Origin: Mobula hypostoma
Taxonomy: Eukaryota
Assembly: GCF_963921235.1 (NCBI RefSeq)
Contig: NC_086100.1
Coordinates: 201,502,001-201,566,000 of the forward strand
Direction: 5' to 3'
DNA: 64,000 nucleotides
How positions within the stretch are numbered: position 1 is the first letter of the stretch; every line of letters begins with the position of its first letter. Under the pieces are notes generated by a model. It was not told the DNA's origin. It searched no databases and saw only the letters and a list, made by a program, of their open reading frames with translations. A program made the translations under genes and the position numbers. Shown piece by piece: positions 12,426-25,564 of this stretch.

Positions 12426-15400
12426 CGGGTCAGTTCTCTCTTCAATCAGCTTCCCCTAATTCTGTAATGCTCACAGCTTCCTTGTCGTGGAGGTCTCAGA
12501 CCCATGAACTTAAGGCGCTTATCGACTCCAGTGCAGCTGGAAATCTCATTGACATCTCTCTCATTCAAAGATGAGAAGTTTCAACTCAGGAATTAAGAGA
12601 AAAGATCAACGTCAAGGTGCTGGACGGTTGACCTCTGGGAACCGGCCAGATCCACCTTTCCACCCAACCCCTCCAACTGGTGCTTGAAGGCAACCACCAT
12701 GAAGAAATATATTTCTGTCTGGTTAATTCACCTGAACTGCCACTGGTACTTGGTCTCCCCGGTTATCCCGACATAACCCACAGATCGATTGGTCTCTGAA
12801 GGTACTCCAAGAGTGGGGACCAACATGCTTGTCTACCTGTCTGGGTCCAGCTCAAGCTCCATTCCATGAATTCCTTCCTGTGTCAGCTAAGGATGTGGAC
12901 CTGTCTGGGATTCCGGCTGAATATGCGGATCTCCTTGAGGTCTTCAGTTAAAGAAAGGCCACCACCCTGCCTCCACACCGGCCATACGACTATGCCATAG
13001 ACCTCCTACCGGGCACTAGTCCTCCCCAGGGCCGGCTCTTTTCCCTCTCTTGTCCCGAAATGGTGGCCATGGAGGAATACATCAAGGAGGCATTGAGCAT
13101 TGGGTTCATCTGTCTCTCAACCTCACCGACAGGAGCGGGTTTCTTTTTGTGAGCAAGAAAGATGGCAAGCTCCATCCCTACATCGACCATCGGCCTCTGA
13201 ACAACATCACTGTGAAGAACCGCTACCCTCTTCCCTTGCTGGTGTTTGTGTTTGACCAACTCCAGGGAGCAACAATATTTTCCAAAATTGATCTGCACAA
13301 TGCTTACAATCTGATTCGCATAAGAAAAGGGGATGAGTGGAAAACGGCTTTCAGCACCTCTAATGGCCGCTATGAGTACCTGGTGATGACTTTTGGACCG
13401 GCCAGTACCCCCACTGTATTTCAGTCCTTGGTTAACGATGTGCTCAGGGATATGTTGAACTAGTTTGTGTTTGTGTATTTAGATGACATCCTTATCTATT
13501 CCCGCTCTCATCAGGAGCATGTCCAGCATGTCCGGAAAGTACTCAGACGCCTTCTTGAATACGACTTGTACGCCAAGCCTAAAAAATGTGAATTCCATAA
13601 AGACCAGCTGTCGGTTTTGGGCTATATATTTACCCCATCCAGTGTTCAAATGGACCTTAGTAAAGTTCTGGCAGTTGCAGAGTGGCCCAAACCATCTACA
13701 GTCAAACAGGTACAGTGCTTCATGGAGTTTGTGAACTTTTATCGCCGCTTCATTTGGAATTTCGGCTCAATTAATGCACTCACCAAGAAGAATTAATCAC
13801 TGCAGGAAACATAAAGTTGTGGTAGTAGGGGATTTTAATTTCCCACAATTTGATTGGGACTCCCATACTGTTAGGGGTCTAGATTGTTTAGAGTTTGTAA
13901 AATGTGTTCAGGAAAGTTTTCTAAATCAATATATAGAGGTACCAACTAGAGGGGATGCAATATTGGATCTCCTGTTAGGAAACGAGTTAGGACAAGTAAC
14001 AGAAGTGTGTGTAGGGGAGCACTTTGGTTCCAGTGATCATAACACCATTAGTTTCAACTTGATCATGGACAAGGATAGATTTGGTCCTAGGGTTGAGGTT
14101 CTGAACTGGAAGGAAGCCAAATTTGAAGAAATGTGAAAGGATCTAAAAAGCGCGGATTGGGACAGGTTGTTCTCTGGCAAGGATGTGATCGGTAAGTCGG
14201 AAGCCTTCAAAGGAGAAATTTTGAGAGTGCAGAGCTTGTATGTTCCTGTCAGGATTAAAGGCAAAGTGAATAGGAATAAGGAAACTTGGTTCTCAAGGGA
14301 TATTGCAAGTCTGATAAAGAAGAAGAGAGAGTTGTATGACATGTATAGGAAACAGGGAGTAAATCAGGTGCTTGAGGAGTATAAAAAGTGCAAGAAAATA
14401 CTTAAGAAGGAAATCAGGAGGGCTAAAAGAAGACATGAGGTTGCCTTGGCAGTCAAAGTGAAGGATAATCCAAAGAGCTTTTACAGGTATATTAAGAGTA
14501 AAAGGATTGTAAGGGAAATATTGGTCCTCTTGAAGATCAGAGTGGTCGGCTACGTGCGGAACCAAAAGAAATGGGGGAGACCTTAAATGGGTTTTTTGCG
14601 TCTGTATTTACTAGGGAAACTGGCATGAAGTCCATGGAATTAAGGGAAACAAGCAGTGAGATCATGGAAACTGTGCAGATTGAAAAGGAGGAGGTGCTTG
14701 CTATCTTGAGGCAAATTAAAGTGGATAAATCCCAAGGACCTGACAGGGTATTCCCTCGGACCATGAAGGAGACTAGTGTTGAAATTGCAGGGGCCCCGGC
14801 AGATATATTTAAAATATCGGTGTCTACGGGTGAGGTGCCGGAGGATTGGAGAGGTGCTCATGTTGTTCCGTTGTTTAAAAAAGGATCGAAAAGTAATCTG
14901 GGAAATTATAGGCCGGTGAATTTGACGTCCGTAGTGGGTAAGTTATTGGAGGGAGTACTAAAAGACAGAATCTACAAGTATTTGGATAGACTGGGACTTA
15001 TTAGGGAGAGTCAACATGGCTTTGTGCGTGGTAGGTCATGTTTGACCAATCTATTGGAGTTTTTCGAGGAGGTTACCAGGAAAGTGGATGAAGGGAAGGC
15101 AGTGGATATTGTCTACATGGACTTCACAAGGTCCCGCATGGGAGGTTAGATAGGAAAATTCAGTCGCTAGATATGCATGGAGAGGTGGTAAATTGGATTA
15201 GACATTGGCTCAATGGAAGAAGCCAAAGAGTGGTAGTAGAGAATTGCTTCTCAGAGTGGAGGCCTGTGACTAGTGGTGTGCAACTGGGATCAGTGCTGGG
15301 TCCATTGTTATTTGTCATCTATATCAATGATCTGGATGATAATGTGGTTAATTGGATCAGCAAATTTGCTGATGATACAAAGATTGGAGGTGTAGTGGAC

Positions 15401-18160
15401 AGTGAGGAAGGTTTTCAAAGCTTGCAGAGGGACTTGGACCAGCTGGAAAAATGGGTTGAAAAATGGCAAATGGAGTTTAATACAGACAAGTGTGAGGTAT
15501 TGCACTTTGGAAGGACAAACCGAAGTAGAACATACAGGATAAATGGTAAGGCACTGAGGAGTGCAGTAGAACAGAGGGATCTGGGAATACAGATACAAAA
15601 TTCCCTAAAAGTGGCGTCACGGGTAGATAGGGTCGTAAAGAGAGCTTTTGGTACATTGGCCTTTATTAATCAAAGTATTGAGTATAAGAGTTGGATTATT
15701 ATGATGAGGTTGTATAAGGCATTGGTGAGGCCGAATCTGGAATATTGTGTTCAGTTTTGGTCACCAAATTACAGGAAGGATATTAATAAGGTTGAAAGAG
15801 TGCAGAGAAGGTTTACAAGGATGTTGCCGGCACTTGAGAAACTCAGTTACAGAGAAAGGTTGAATAGGTTAGGACTTTATTCCCTGGAGCGTAGAAGAAT
15901 GAGGGGAGATTTGATAGAGGTATATAAAATTATGATGGGTATAGATAGAGTGAATGCAAGCAGGATTTTTCCACTGAGGCAAGGGGAGAAAAAAACCAGA
16001 GGACATGGGTTAAGGGTGAGGGGGGAAAAGTTTAAAGGGAACATTAGTGGGGGCTTCTTCACACAGAGAGTGGTGGGAGTGTGGAATGAGCTGCCAGACG
16101 AGGTGGTAAATGCAGGTTCTTTTTTAACATTTAAGAATAAATTGGACAGATACATGGATGGGAGGTGTATGGAGGGATATGGTCCGTGTGCAGGTCAGTG
16201 GGACTAGGCAGAAAATGGTTCGGCACAGCCAAGAAGGGCCAAAAGGCCTGTTTCTGTGCTGTAGTTTTTCTATGGTTTCTAAGACCTTGGCAGGATTCCT
16301 TTGAACAGACGAGGCTGACCAAGCATTTTCCGAGCAAAAGCAACGTTTCAGCACTGCCCCGCTGCTGCAACACCCAGACCCATCTCAGCCATTCATTGAC
16401 AAGGCGGATCCATCTGATGTAGGCATTGGAGCTGTCCTCTCTCAGCGCTCGTCTGCAGATAGCCGGCTGCACCCTTGTGCCTTTCTTTACCGTCGCTTGA
16501 CTCTGGCCGAGAGGAATTACGATGTTGGGAACCAGGAGTTTCTGGCTGTTAAAGAGGCCCTGAAGGAATGCCGTCACAGGCTGGAGGGGGCAGAACATCC
16601 ATTCTTCGTCTGGACAGATCACAAGAACCTCTCGTATATTCAGGATGCTAAGAGACTCAACTCTCATCAAGCCTGGTGGGCTCTCTTCTTCACACGGTTC
16701 AATTTCATCCTCACTTATCGTCCCGGCAGCAAGAATACAAAGGCCGACGCTCTCTCCTAGCAGTTTGACAGATCTGAGGACAATGCCAATCCAGAGCCCG
16801 TTCTTCCTCGCTCGTGTATCGCTGCTCCAGTTATCTGGGGAATAGAGGCAGAGGTGAGGGCCACCCAACAATTAGATCCAGGCCCGGATGGGGTTGCTCC
16901 CAACCGGCTGTTTGTCCCTGTTGCGGTGCGTTCCAAAGTGTTGAAATGGGGTCACTCCTCCCGTCTGGCTGGACGTCCGGGAATTCAGCGGACTTAGGAG
17001 TTTATAAAGAGACAATTTTGATGGCCATCTATGTCCCAGGATGTCCACGACTTTGTGTCTGCCTGTCCTACCTGCGCTCGGAACAAGACATCACGCCAGC
17101 ATCCTGCGGGTCTGTTATGTCCACTGCCTGTGTCCCACCACCCCTGGTCCCACCTCTCAGTAGATTTTATCACTGGCCCACCCCCGTCGAATGGAAACAC
17201 CACCATTTTGGTTGTTGTGGATTGATTTTCCAAGGCTGCCCATTTCATTGCCCTCCCCAAGTTTCCATCGGCTCGTGAGACTGCCACACTCAGGTTCAAC
17301 ATGTGTTCAGGCTCCACAGCTTTCCCCAAGACATAGTGTCTGATCATGGACCGCAGTTCACTTCCCGCTTTTGGAAGGCTTTCTGCTCTCTTGTAGGAGC
17401 CACGGCCAGCCTCTCATCTGGTTTTCACGCCAGTCTAATGGCCAGAGAGAGAGAGAGTGAACCAGGAGTTGGAAACAACCCTGCACTGTCTTTCCTCTTC
17501 CAACCCCACGTGCTGGAGCATACGATTGGTTTGGGCAGAGATCACCCACAATAACCTCCAGTCGTCCTCCACCGTTATGTCTCCCTTTGAATGCCAGAAG
17601 GGATTCCAGCCCCATCTCTTCCCTGATCAGGAGATCGACGTAGGAGTTCCTGCTGCTGAACAGCTAATCCAGTGTTACAAGCACACCCGGAGACAAGCCA
17701 GAGCTTCTCTGCTGCGTGCCCAGAAACAGCATTCCCGGCAGGCTGATCGGCTCCATTGACAGGTAAGGCCATTCGAGCCAGGAGAGGAGGTCTGGTTGGC
17801 ATCAAGGGATCTTCCCCTGAAAGTCGAGAACCGGAAATTGGCACCATGCTACGTGGGACCGTTTGTAGTGGAAAAGGCTGTAAACAAGGTGTCCTATAGA
17901 TTGCATCTACCAGCATCATTGAAGATCCACCCAGTATTCCATGTTTCCCAGCTCAAGCCGGTTATTACCTCTCCCCTGGGCCCAGTCACCCTCCCTCCCC
18001 TTTCTCTCCACCTGGTAGATGGTTCCCTTGTCTATACTGTACGGGGTCTCCTAGCATCTCACCGGGTACATGGTAAGGTCTAGTACCTTGTGGACTGGGA
18101 AGGGTATGGCCCAGAAGAACATACTTAGATCCCAGCGAAGGACATCTTGGACAACTGACA
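12389..18160 (+). pseudogene. pol: Gypsy pol (PR-RT-RH-IN-chromodomain), disrupted and split by a CR1 at 13792-16280
   Basis: Protease [27 protein letters not shown] and [10 protein letters not shown]; RNase [20 protein letters not shown] and TDHKNL; integrase [24 protein letters not shown] and YVGPF; chromodomain YLVDWEGYGPEE near 18080-18120. Confidence 0.92.
13792..16280 (+). mobile_element. 5'-truncated young CR1 LINE inserted in Gypsy RT/RNase H
   Basis: Endonuclease VVVGDFNFP/SSDHN and RT YINDLD/KFADDTK, ending in a TTCTATGG-type tail. Flanked by aaga on both sides, and the Gypsy frame LTKK resumes at 16281. Confidence 0.93.
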
Positions 18161-18575
18161 CAGGTCTGTGGTGGCTCAGGGGCTGTGCCTAGAGAGGGGA
18201 GCCCTGTCACAACCGCAGGTTCGGCAACTCAGTAGATATGGCAATTGCGCTTGTGAATTTGCACATGTCAGCTAATTATTATTTAATCGTGATAGTATTT
18301 AACTCCATACTTGTTGTCATAGTGCTTGTCGAGACTTGGACAGAGCATAGCAACGCTTCACTGCTGTTTTACATTCGGCCTTCCCTGAGATATTGGACTT
18401 TCAAGTCAACTGACTCTGAAGACTAGTGGTATTCGTTTAATGTTTAGATGTTTTTTTCAGTCACAGTATAGGCTTCGTTTTCCTTTTGAGAGTTTTAGTT
18501 AACAGCCCTGTTTGGCCAAGTGTTTGTTCTTCAATTTTCCCTTTATCACTGTTTGTATTAAAGTCTGTGAACTAT

Positions 18576-21500
18576 TGGAGAGGATTATTTCTTCAGCGGT
18601 TTGATTGGGGCACGACTGCGTAAGCACGTGGATGTCAGCTAGTGAGAACAGTGAGAAGAGTTTAAAAGGAGATGGTTATTTCTTCAGCGCTTTGATCAGG
18701 GCACGACTGTGTAAGCGTTTGGACATCAACCAGTGAGAACAGCGAGAAGAGTTTAAAAGGAGACACCTTATAGAGCAGGCCTCAGAGTAGAGGGAGACAG
18801 AGTAGGAAGGCTTTGGGTAAACAGGGCTTCGGCGATAATGGGTCAAGGCAAGGAAGGTTATCTGTGCAGAATACAGACAGGAAGTATGCATGTGAGGCTG
18901 GTGTTCTATGCTCGGTCTCAGATGTGGGAACTCCCAGCCTCCCGGACAGTCACATCTGCGCCAGGTGCATTGAGCTGCAGCTCCTTAGGGCCCGCGTTAG
19001 GGAACTGGAGATGCAGCTCGGTGACGTTCGTCTGGTCAGGGAGAGTGAGGAGGTGATAGAGAGGAGCTATAGGCAAGTAGTCATACCGGGGCCTGAGGAG
19101 ACATAAGTGGGTAACAGTCAGGAGAGGGAAGGGCAGGAGTCAGATGCTAGAGAGCACCCTTTTGACTGTCCCCCTTGACAATAAGTACTCCTGTTTGGTA
19201 CTGTTAGGGGGGTCGGCCTACCTGGGGGAAGCAACAGTGGCAGCACCTCTGGCACAGAGTCTGGCCCTGTGGCTCAGAAGGGTAGGGAAAAGAAGAGGAA
19301 GGCAGTAGTGATAAGGGACTCTGTAGTTAGGGGGTCAGAAAGGCGATTCTATGGACGCAGGAAAGAAGCGCAGATGGTAGTCTGCCTCCCAGGTACTAGG
19401 GTCCGAGATGTTTCTGATCACGTGCACGATATCCTGAAGTCGGAAGAACAGCCAGAGGTCATGGTACATATTGGTACCAATGACAGAGGCAGAAAAAGGG
19501 AGGAGGTTCTGAAAGCAGATTACAGTGAGTTAGGAAGGAAATTGAAAAGCAGGACCACAAAGGTAGTCACCTCAGGATTACTGCCTGTGCTACGTGACAG
19601 TGAGTATAGGAATAGAGTGAGGTGGAGGATAAACGTGTGGCTGAGGGATTGGAGCAGGGGGCAGGGATTCAGATTTCTGGATCATTGGGCCATCTTATGG
19701 GGCAGGTGTGACCTGTACAAAAAGGACGGGTTGCACTTGAATCCCAGGGGGACCAATATCCTGGTGGGGAGATTTGCTAAGGATATTGGGGAGGGTTTAA
19801 ACTCAGATTGCTGGGGGGTGGGAACCAAACTGAAGAAACGGAGGCAGAGGTGGTTGGCTCACAAATAGAGAAAGCTTGGAGACAGTGCGAGAGGGAGGAT
19901 AGGCAGGTGATAGAGAAGGGACACACTGAGACCAGTGGTTTGAGATGTGTCTATTTAATGCAAGGGGTAGTAGGAACAAAGTGGATGAGCTTACACTGTG
20001 GACCAGTACTTGGAGCCATTAATGTTGTGTTGTGGCCATTACAAAGACTTGGATGGCTTAGGGGCAGGAATGGTTACTGAGAGTGCCAGGCTTTAGATGT
20101 TTCAGAAAGACAAGGAGGGAGGCAAAAGAGGTGGGGGCGTGGCACTGTTGATCAGAGATAGTGTCACCACTGCAGAAAAGGAAGAAGACACGGAGGGATT
20201 GTCTACAGAGTCTCTGTGGGTGGAAGTTAGGAACAGGAAGGGGTCAATAACTCTGCTGGGTGTTTTTTATAGACCACCCAATAGTAACAGGGACATCGAG
20301 GACCAGATAGGGAGACAGATTCTGGAAAGGTGTAATAAAAACAGGGAGTTTTTAATTTCCCAAATATTGATTGGCATGTCCCTAGAGCGAGGTGTTTAGA
20401 TGGGGTTGAGTTTGTTTGGTGTGTTCTTGACACAATATGTAGATAAGCCTACAAGAGGAGAGGCTGTACTTGATCTGGTATTGGGAAATGAACCAAGTCA
20501 GGTGTCAGATCTCTCAGTAGGAGAGCATTTTAGAGATAGTGATCACAATTCTATCTCCTTTACCATAGCATTGGAGACGGATAAGAAAAGACAAGTTAGG
20601 AAAGTGTTAAATTGGAGTGAGGGGAAATATGAGGCTATCAGGCAGGAACTTGGAAGCATTAATTGGGAACAGATGTTCTCAGGGAAATGTACTGAAGAAA
20701 TGTGGCAAATGTTCAGGGGATATTTGCGTGGAGTTCTGCATAGGTATGTTCCGATGAAACAGGGAAAGGATGGTAAGGTACAGGAACTGTGGTGTACAAA
20801 GGCTGTTGTAAATCTAGTCAAGAAGAAGAGAAAAGCTTACCAAAGGCTCAAAAAACTAGGTAATGATAGAGATCCAGAAGATTATAAGGCTAGCAGGAAG
20901 GAACTTAAGAATGAAATTAGGAGAGTCAGAAGGAGCCATGAGAAGGCCTTGGCAGATGGATTCAGGAAAACCCCAAGGCATTCTACAAGTATGTGAAGAG
21001 CAAGAGGATAAGACATGAGAGAATAGAACCAATCAAGTGTGACAGTGGGAAAGTGTGTATGGAACTGGAGGAAATAACAGAGGTACTTAGTGAGTACTTT
21101 GCTTCAGTATTCACGACGGAAAAGGATCTTGGCAATTGTAGGGATGACTTACAGTGGATTGAAAAGCTTGAGCATGTAAATATTAAGAAAGAGGATGTGC
21201 TGGAGCTTTTGGAAAGCATTAAGTTGGATAAGTCACCAGGACCGGATGAGATGTACCCCAGGCTACTGTGGGAGATAAGGGAGGAAATTGCGGAGCCTCT
21301 GGCGATGATCTTTGCATCATCATTGGGGACGGGAGAGGTTCTGGAGGATTGGAGGGTTGCAGATATTGTTCTATTATTCAAGAAAGAGAGTAGAGATAGC
21401 CCAGAAAATTATAGACCAGTGAGTCTTACTTCTGTGATTCATAAGTTGATGGAGAAGATCCTGAGAGGCAGGATTTATGATCATTTGGAGAGGCATAATA

Positions 21501-23485
21501 AGATTAGGAATAGTTAGCATGGCTTTGTCAAAGACAGGTCGTGCCTTATAAGCCTGATTGAATTTTTTGAGGATGTGACTAAGCACATTGATGAAGGTAG
21601 AGCAGTAGATGTAGTTTATATAGATTTCAGCAAGGCATTTGATAAGGTACTCCATGCAAGGCTTATTGAGGAAGTAAGGAGACATGGGATCTAAGGGGAC
21701 ATTACTTTGTGAATCCAGAACTCGCTTGCCCAGAGAAGGCAAAGTGTGGTTGTAGATGGGTCATATTCTGCACGGAGGTTGGTGACCAGTGGTGTGCCTC
21801 AGGGATCTGTTCTGGGACCCCCTACACTTTGTGATTTTTATAAATGACCTGGATGAGGAAGTGGAGGGATGGGTTAGTAAATTCTCCGATGACACAAAGG
21901 TTGTGGATAGTGTGGAGGGCTGTCAGAGGTTACAGCGGGACATTGGTAGGATGCAAAACCGGGCTGAGAACTGGCAGATGCAGTTCAACCCAGATAAGTG
22001 TGAGATGGTTCATTTTGGTAGGTCAAATATGATGACAGAATATAGTATTAATGGTAAGACTCTTGGCAGTGTGGAGGATCAGAGGGATCTTGGGGTCTGA
22101 GTCCATAGGACATTCAAAGCTGCTACGCAGGTTGACTCTGTGGTTCAGAAAGCATAAAATACATTGGCCTTCTTCAATTATGGGATTGAGTTTAGGAGCT
22201 AAGAGGTAAATGTTACAGCTATATAGGACCCTGGTCAGACCCCACTTGGAGTACTGTGCTCACTTCTGGTCGCCTCACTATAGGAAGGATGTGGAAACCA
22301 TAGAAAGGGTGCAGAGGAGAGTTACAAGGATGTTGCCTGGATTGGGGAGACAACAGACAATAGGTGCAGGAGTGGCCATTCGGCCCTTCGAGCCAGCACC
22401 ACCATTCACTGTGATCATGGCTAATCATCCACAATCAGTATCCATTTCCTGCCTTATCCCCATAACCTTTAATTCCACTATCTTTAAGAGCTCTATCCAT
22501 CTCTTTCTTAAAAGCATCCTGAGACTTGGCCTCCACAGCCTTCTGAGGCTGAGCCTTCCACATATCCACCACCCTCTGGGTGAAAAAGTTTTTCCTCAAC
22601 TCCGTTCTAAATGGCCTACCCCTTATTCTTAAACTGTAGCCTCTGGTTCTGGACTCACCCATCAGCAGGAACATGCTTCCTGCCTCCAGCATGTCCAATC
22701 CCTTAATAATCTTATATGTTTCAATCAGGTCCCTTCTCATCCTTCTAAATTCCAGTGTATACAAGCCCAGTCGCTGCAATCTTTCAACATATGACAGTCC
22801 TGCCATCTCGGGAATTAACCTCGTGAACCTACGCTGCACTCCCTGAATAGCAAGAATGTCCTTCCTCAAATTTGGAGACCAAAGTTGCACACAATACTCC
22901 AGGTGTGGTCTCACCACGGCCCTGTACAGCTGCAGAAGGACCTCTTTGCTCCTATACTCAATTCCCCTTGTTATGAAGGCCAGCATGCCATTAGCTTTCT
23001 TCACTGCCTGCTGTACCTGCATGCTTGCTTTCAGTGACTGATGTACAAGAACACCTAGATCTCATTGTACTTCCCTTTTCCTAACTTGACTCCATTTAGA
23101 TAATAATCTGCCTTCCCGTTCTTACCACCAAAGTGGATAACCTCACATTTATCCACATTAAACTGCATCTGCCATGCATCCGCCCAGTCACCCAGCCTGT
23201 CCAAGTCACCCTTATACCTTGGTGGTTGGAAGTAGGTACAGAGGAGATGTCAGGAGTAAGTTTTTTACCCAGAGAGTGGTGAATGCATGAAATGGGCTGC
23301 CGGCGACGGTGGTGGAGGTGGATACAATAGGGTCTTTAAAGAGACTCCTGGATAGGCACATCATGCTCAGAAAAATAGAGGGCTATGGGTAACCCTAGGT
23401 AATTTCTAAGGTAAGGACATATTCAGCACAGCTTTGTGGGCCAAAGGGCCTGTATTGTGCTGTAGGTTTTCTATGTTTCTGTGTT
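18576..23485 (+). mobile_element. Near full-length CR1 LINE (5'UTR monomers, ORF1 Zn-finger plus SGNH esterase, ORF2) inserted in the Gypsy 3' LTR
   Basis: Two roughly 91-bp 5' monomers, ORF1 HICARC and VCLPGTRVRDV/VHIGTND, ORF2 endonuclease and RT fragments, and a TTTCTATG tail. The LTR sequence resumes at about 23486. Confidence 0.92.
22350..23211 (-). mobile_element. CR1 3' fragment nested in the opposite orientation inside the previous CR1
   Basis: ORF 22435-23022 (-) encodes the CR1 ORF2 C-terminus (RPHLEYCVQLWSP...FFTQRVV). Confidence 0.9.
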
Positions 23486-23569
23486 TATCGACCTGGTTCA
23501 GTGCCTCTCAGTCCGCACTTTGGCCATATCCGAACCTGATAACACTAGAATCCTTGGAATTTACCTCTC

Positions 23570-24435
23570 CTCCTCTCTGCACTTTCTGAACAGATCGCAC
23601 CCTCCATGATTTCCTTGTCCATTCATCCTTCCCCACTAATCTCCCTCCTGGTACTTATCCCTGCAAGTGGCCAGAGTTCTGCACCTGCCCATTCACCACC
23701 TCCCTCACCTTCATTCAGGGCCCCATACAGTCCTTGCAGGGGAGCCACCAATTCACCTGTGAATCTGCATGGGTCATCTATTGTGTCTCGTGCTCCTGAT
23801 ATGGCCTCATTTACGTTGGTGAGATCCATCATAAATTGGGGGACCATTTCGTCGAGCACCGCTGCTCTATCCACCAAAAGCAGAACTTCCTGGTGACCAG
23901 ACACTTTAATTTCAGTTTCCATTACCATTCTGACATGCCCCCGCTTGTGCCATGAGAAGTTCACCCTCAGGGTGGAGGAGCAACAAGTTATATTTGGTCA
24001 AGGTAGCCTTCAGCCTGATGGCATAAATATCACTTGCTGGCCCTCCTGGTTAAAAAAATTTCCCATCCCCTCCTCTCTTCTATTCCCCTTCTGGCCCCTT
24101 ACTTCTTCTCACCTGTCTATCACCTCCCTCTGGGTCCACTCCTGCTTCCCTTTCTCCTGTGGTCCACTTTCCTCTCCTATCAGATTCCTTCCTCTCCAAC
24201 CCTTTACCTTTCCTATCAACCTGGCTTCACCTTTTACTGTCTAGCTATCTTCCTTCCTCCTGTCCCCCCACCTTTTTATTCTGTCATCTTCCCCTTCCTT
24301 TCCAGTCCTGAAGAAGGGTGTCGGCTCAAAATATTGACTGTTTATTCATTTACAGCGATGCTGTCTGACCTGCTGAATTGCTCTTGTATTTTGTACATGT
24401 TGCATCAGATTTCCAGCATCTGTAGAATTTCTTGT
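23570..24435 (+). mobile_element. Penelope-like element 3' part
   Basis: Homologous, in reverse, to 3357-4130 (GIY-YIG region and the pyrimidine-rich 3' region). Confidence 0.8.
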
Positions 24436-25564
24436 GTTTGTTCTCTCTTCTCCCCCTTCCCAAAGTCAAAGATTCAAAGTATATTTGTTATCAAAGTATG
24501 TATGCAGTATACAGCCCTGAGATTTGTCTTCCCACAGACAACCACGAAACAAACACCATAGGACCTGTTCAAAGAAAACAAACACCCAACATGCAAAAAA
24601 AAGAACAAATCGCGCAACGGGAAAAAGTTAGCAAAAAGCACAAAATATAAATCATCAAACTACAGAATCGTTGAAACTGACTCGGAATGTTCAGTTTAGT
24701 TCAGTTCAGTTCAGTTTGGTGCTTTATCATTCATTGTCTGCAGGCTGCAGAGCCAATTCACCCTGATTGCACAAAATAGCAATAAAAATGGAGTAACCAG
24801 GAACACATATAACAGAAACTGCTGAGTCCAATCCACAAACCATCTCGATTAAACCTTGCCCAAGACACCATCCTTCGGCAGCATCAAGCAAGAGGGAGAG
24901 AGAACCTGGTTAAATGCAGGCAGACCCTCTCACCTTCTGCTGACGTCGTCGTTGATTTCAATCTTGCTCGATGCTTTAATTGGCGAGATCGGCGAGTATT
25001 GGAGTTGATCATGGGCTCGCACCCCGTCTCCAGGCGTCCTGGCCTCCAAACTGCACACTCTGCTGCAAACCACACCGAACTCCCTCACAGACAGCAATGT
25101 GCCAGATCACTTCATCGACCCATTGGTCAGAAGGTACAAAAGCTTGAAAGTACGTACCACCATACCACCATGGACAGTTTCTATCACGCTTTTATAAGAC
25201 CATCGAACAACCCTTTTTCACAATAAGATGGACTCTTGACCTCGTCATGGCCTTGCACATTTTCTGCCTGCACTGCACTTTCTCTGTAACTGTAACATTT
25301 CATTCTGCATTCTGTTATTGCTTTTTCCTTGTACCACATCAATATACTGATGTATTGAAATGACTGTTTGAAGGTATCCAAAACAAAGCTTTTCACTGTA
25401 CCTCAGTATATGTGACAATAAGAAAACAATTACCCTTCAACCTCTCTCCATAACGCAGTCTCTCAGGTCCTGGAAGCATCCTTGTAAATTTCCTTTGCAC
25501 TCTTTTCAGCTGAATGGCATGTTTCCTTTAGGAGGGTGACCTAAATGAACACAATATCCCAGCA

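Larger units (their letters stand above)
9545..23544 (+). mobile_element. Full-length inactivated Gypsy chromovirus (Tf1/sushi-type) LTR retrotransposon with nested insertions
   Basis: TG...CA LTRs at 9545-11172 and at 18205-18575 plus about 23486-23544. 5-bp TSD CTAGA at 9540-9544 and 23545-23549. Polypurine tract agagagggga just before 18205. Domain order is gag, protease, RT, RNase H, integrase, chromodomain. Confidence 0.95.

Noticed and set aside
11192..18160. PEG10/RTL-like domesticated gene
   Set aside because: There are multiple stops and frameshifts, a CR1 inserted in pol, and both LTRs are present.
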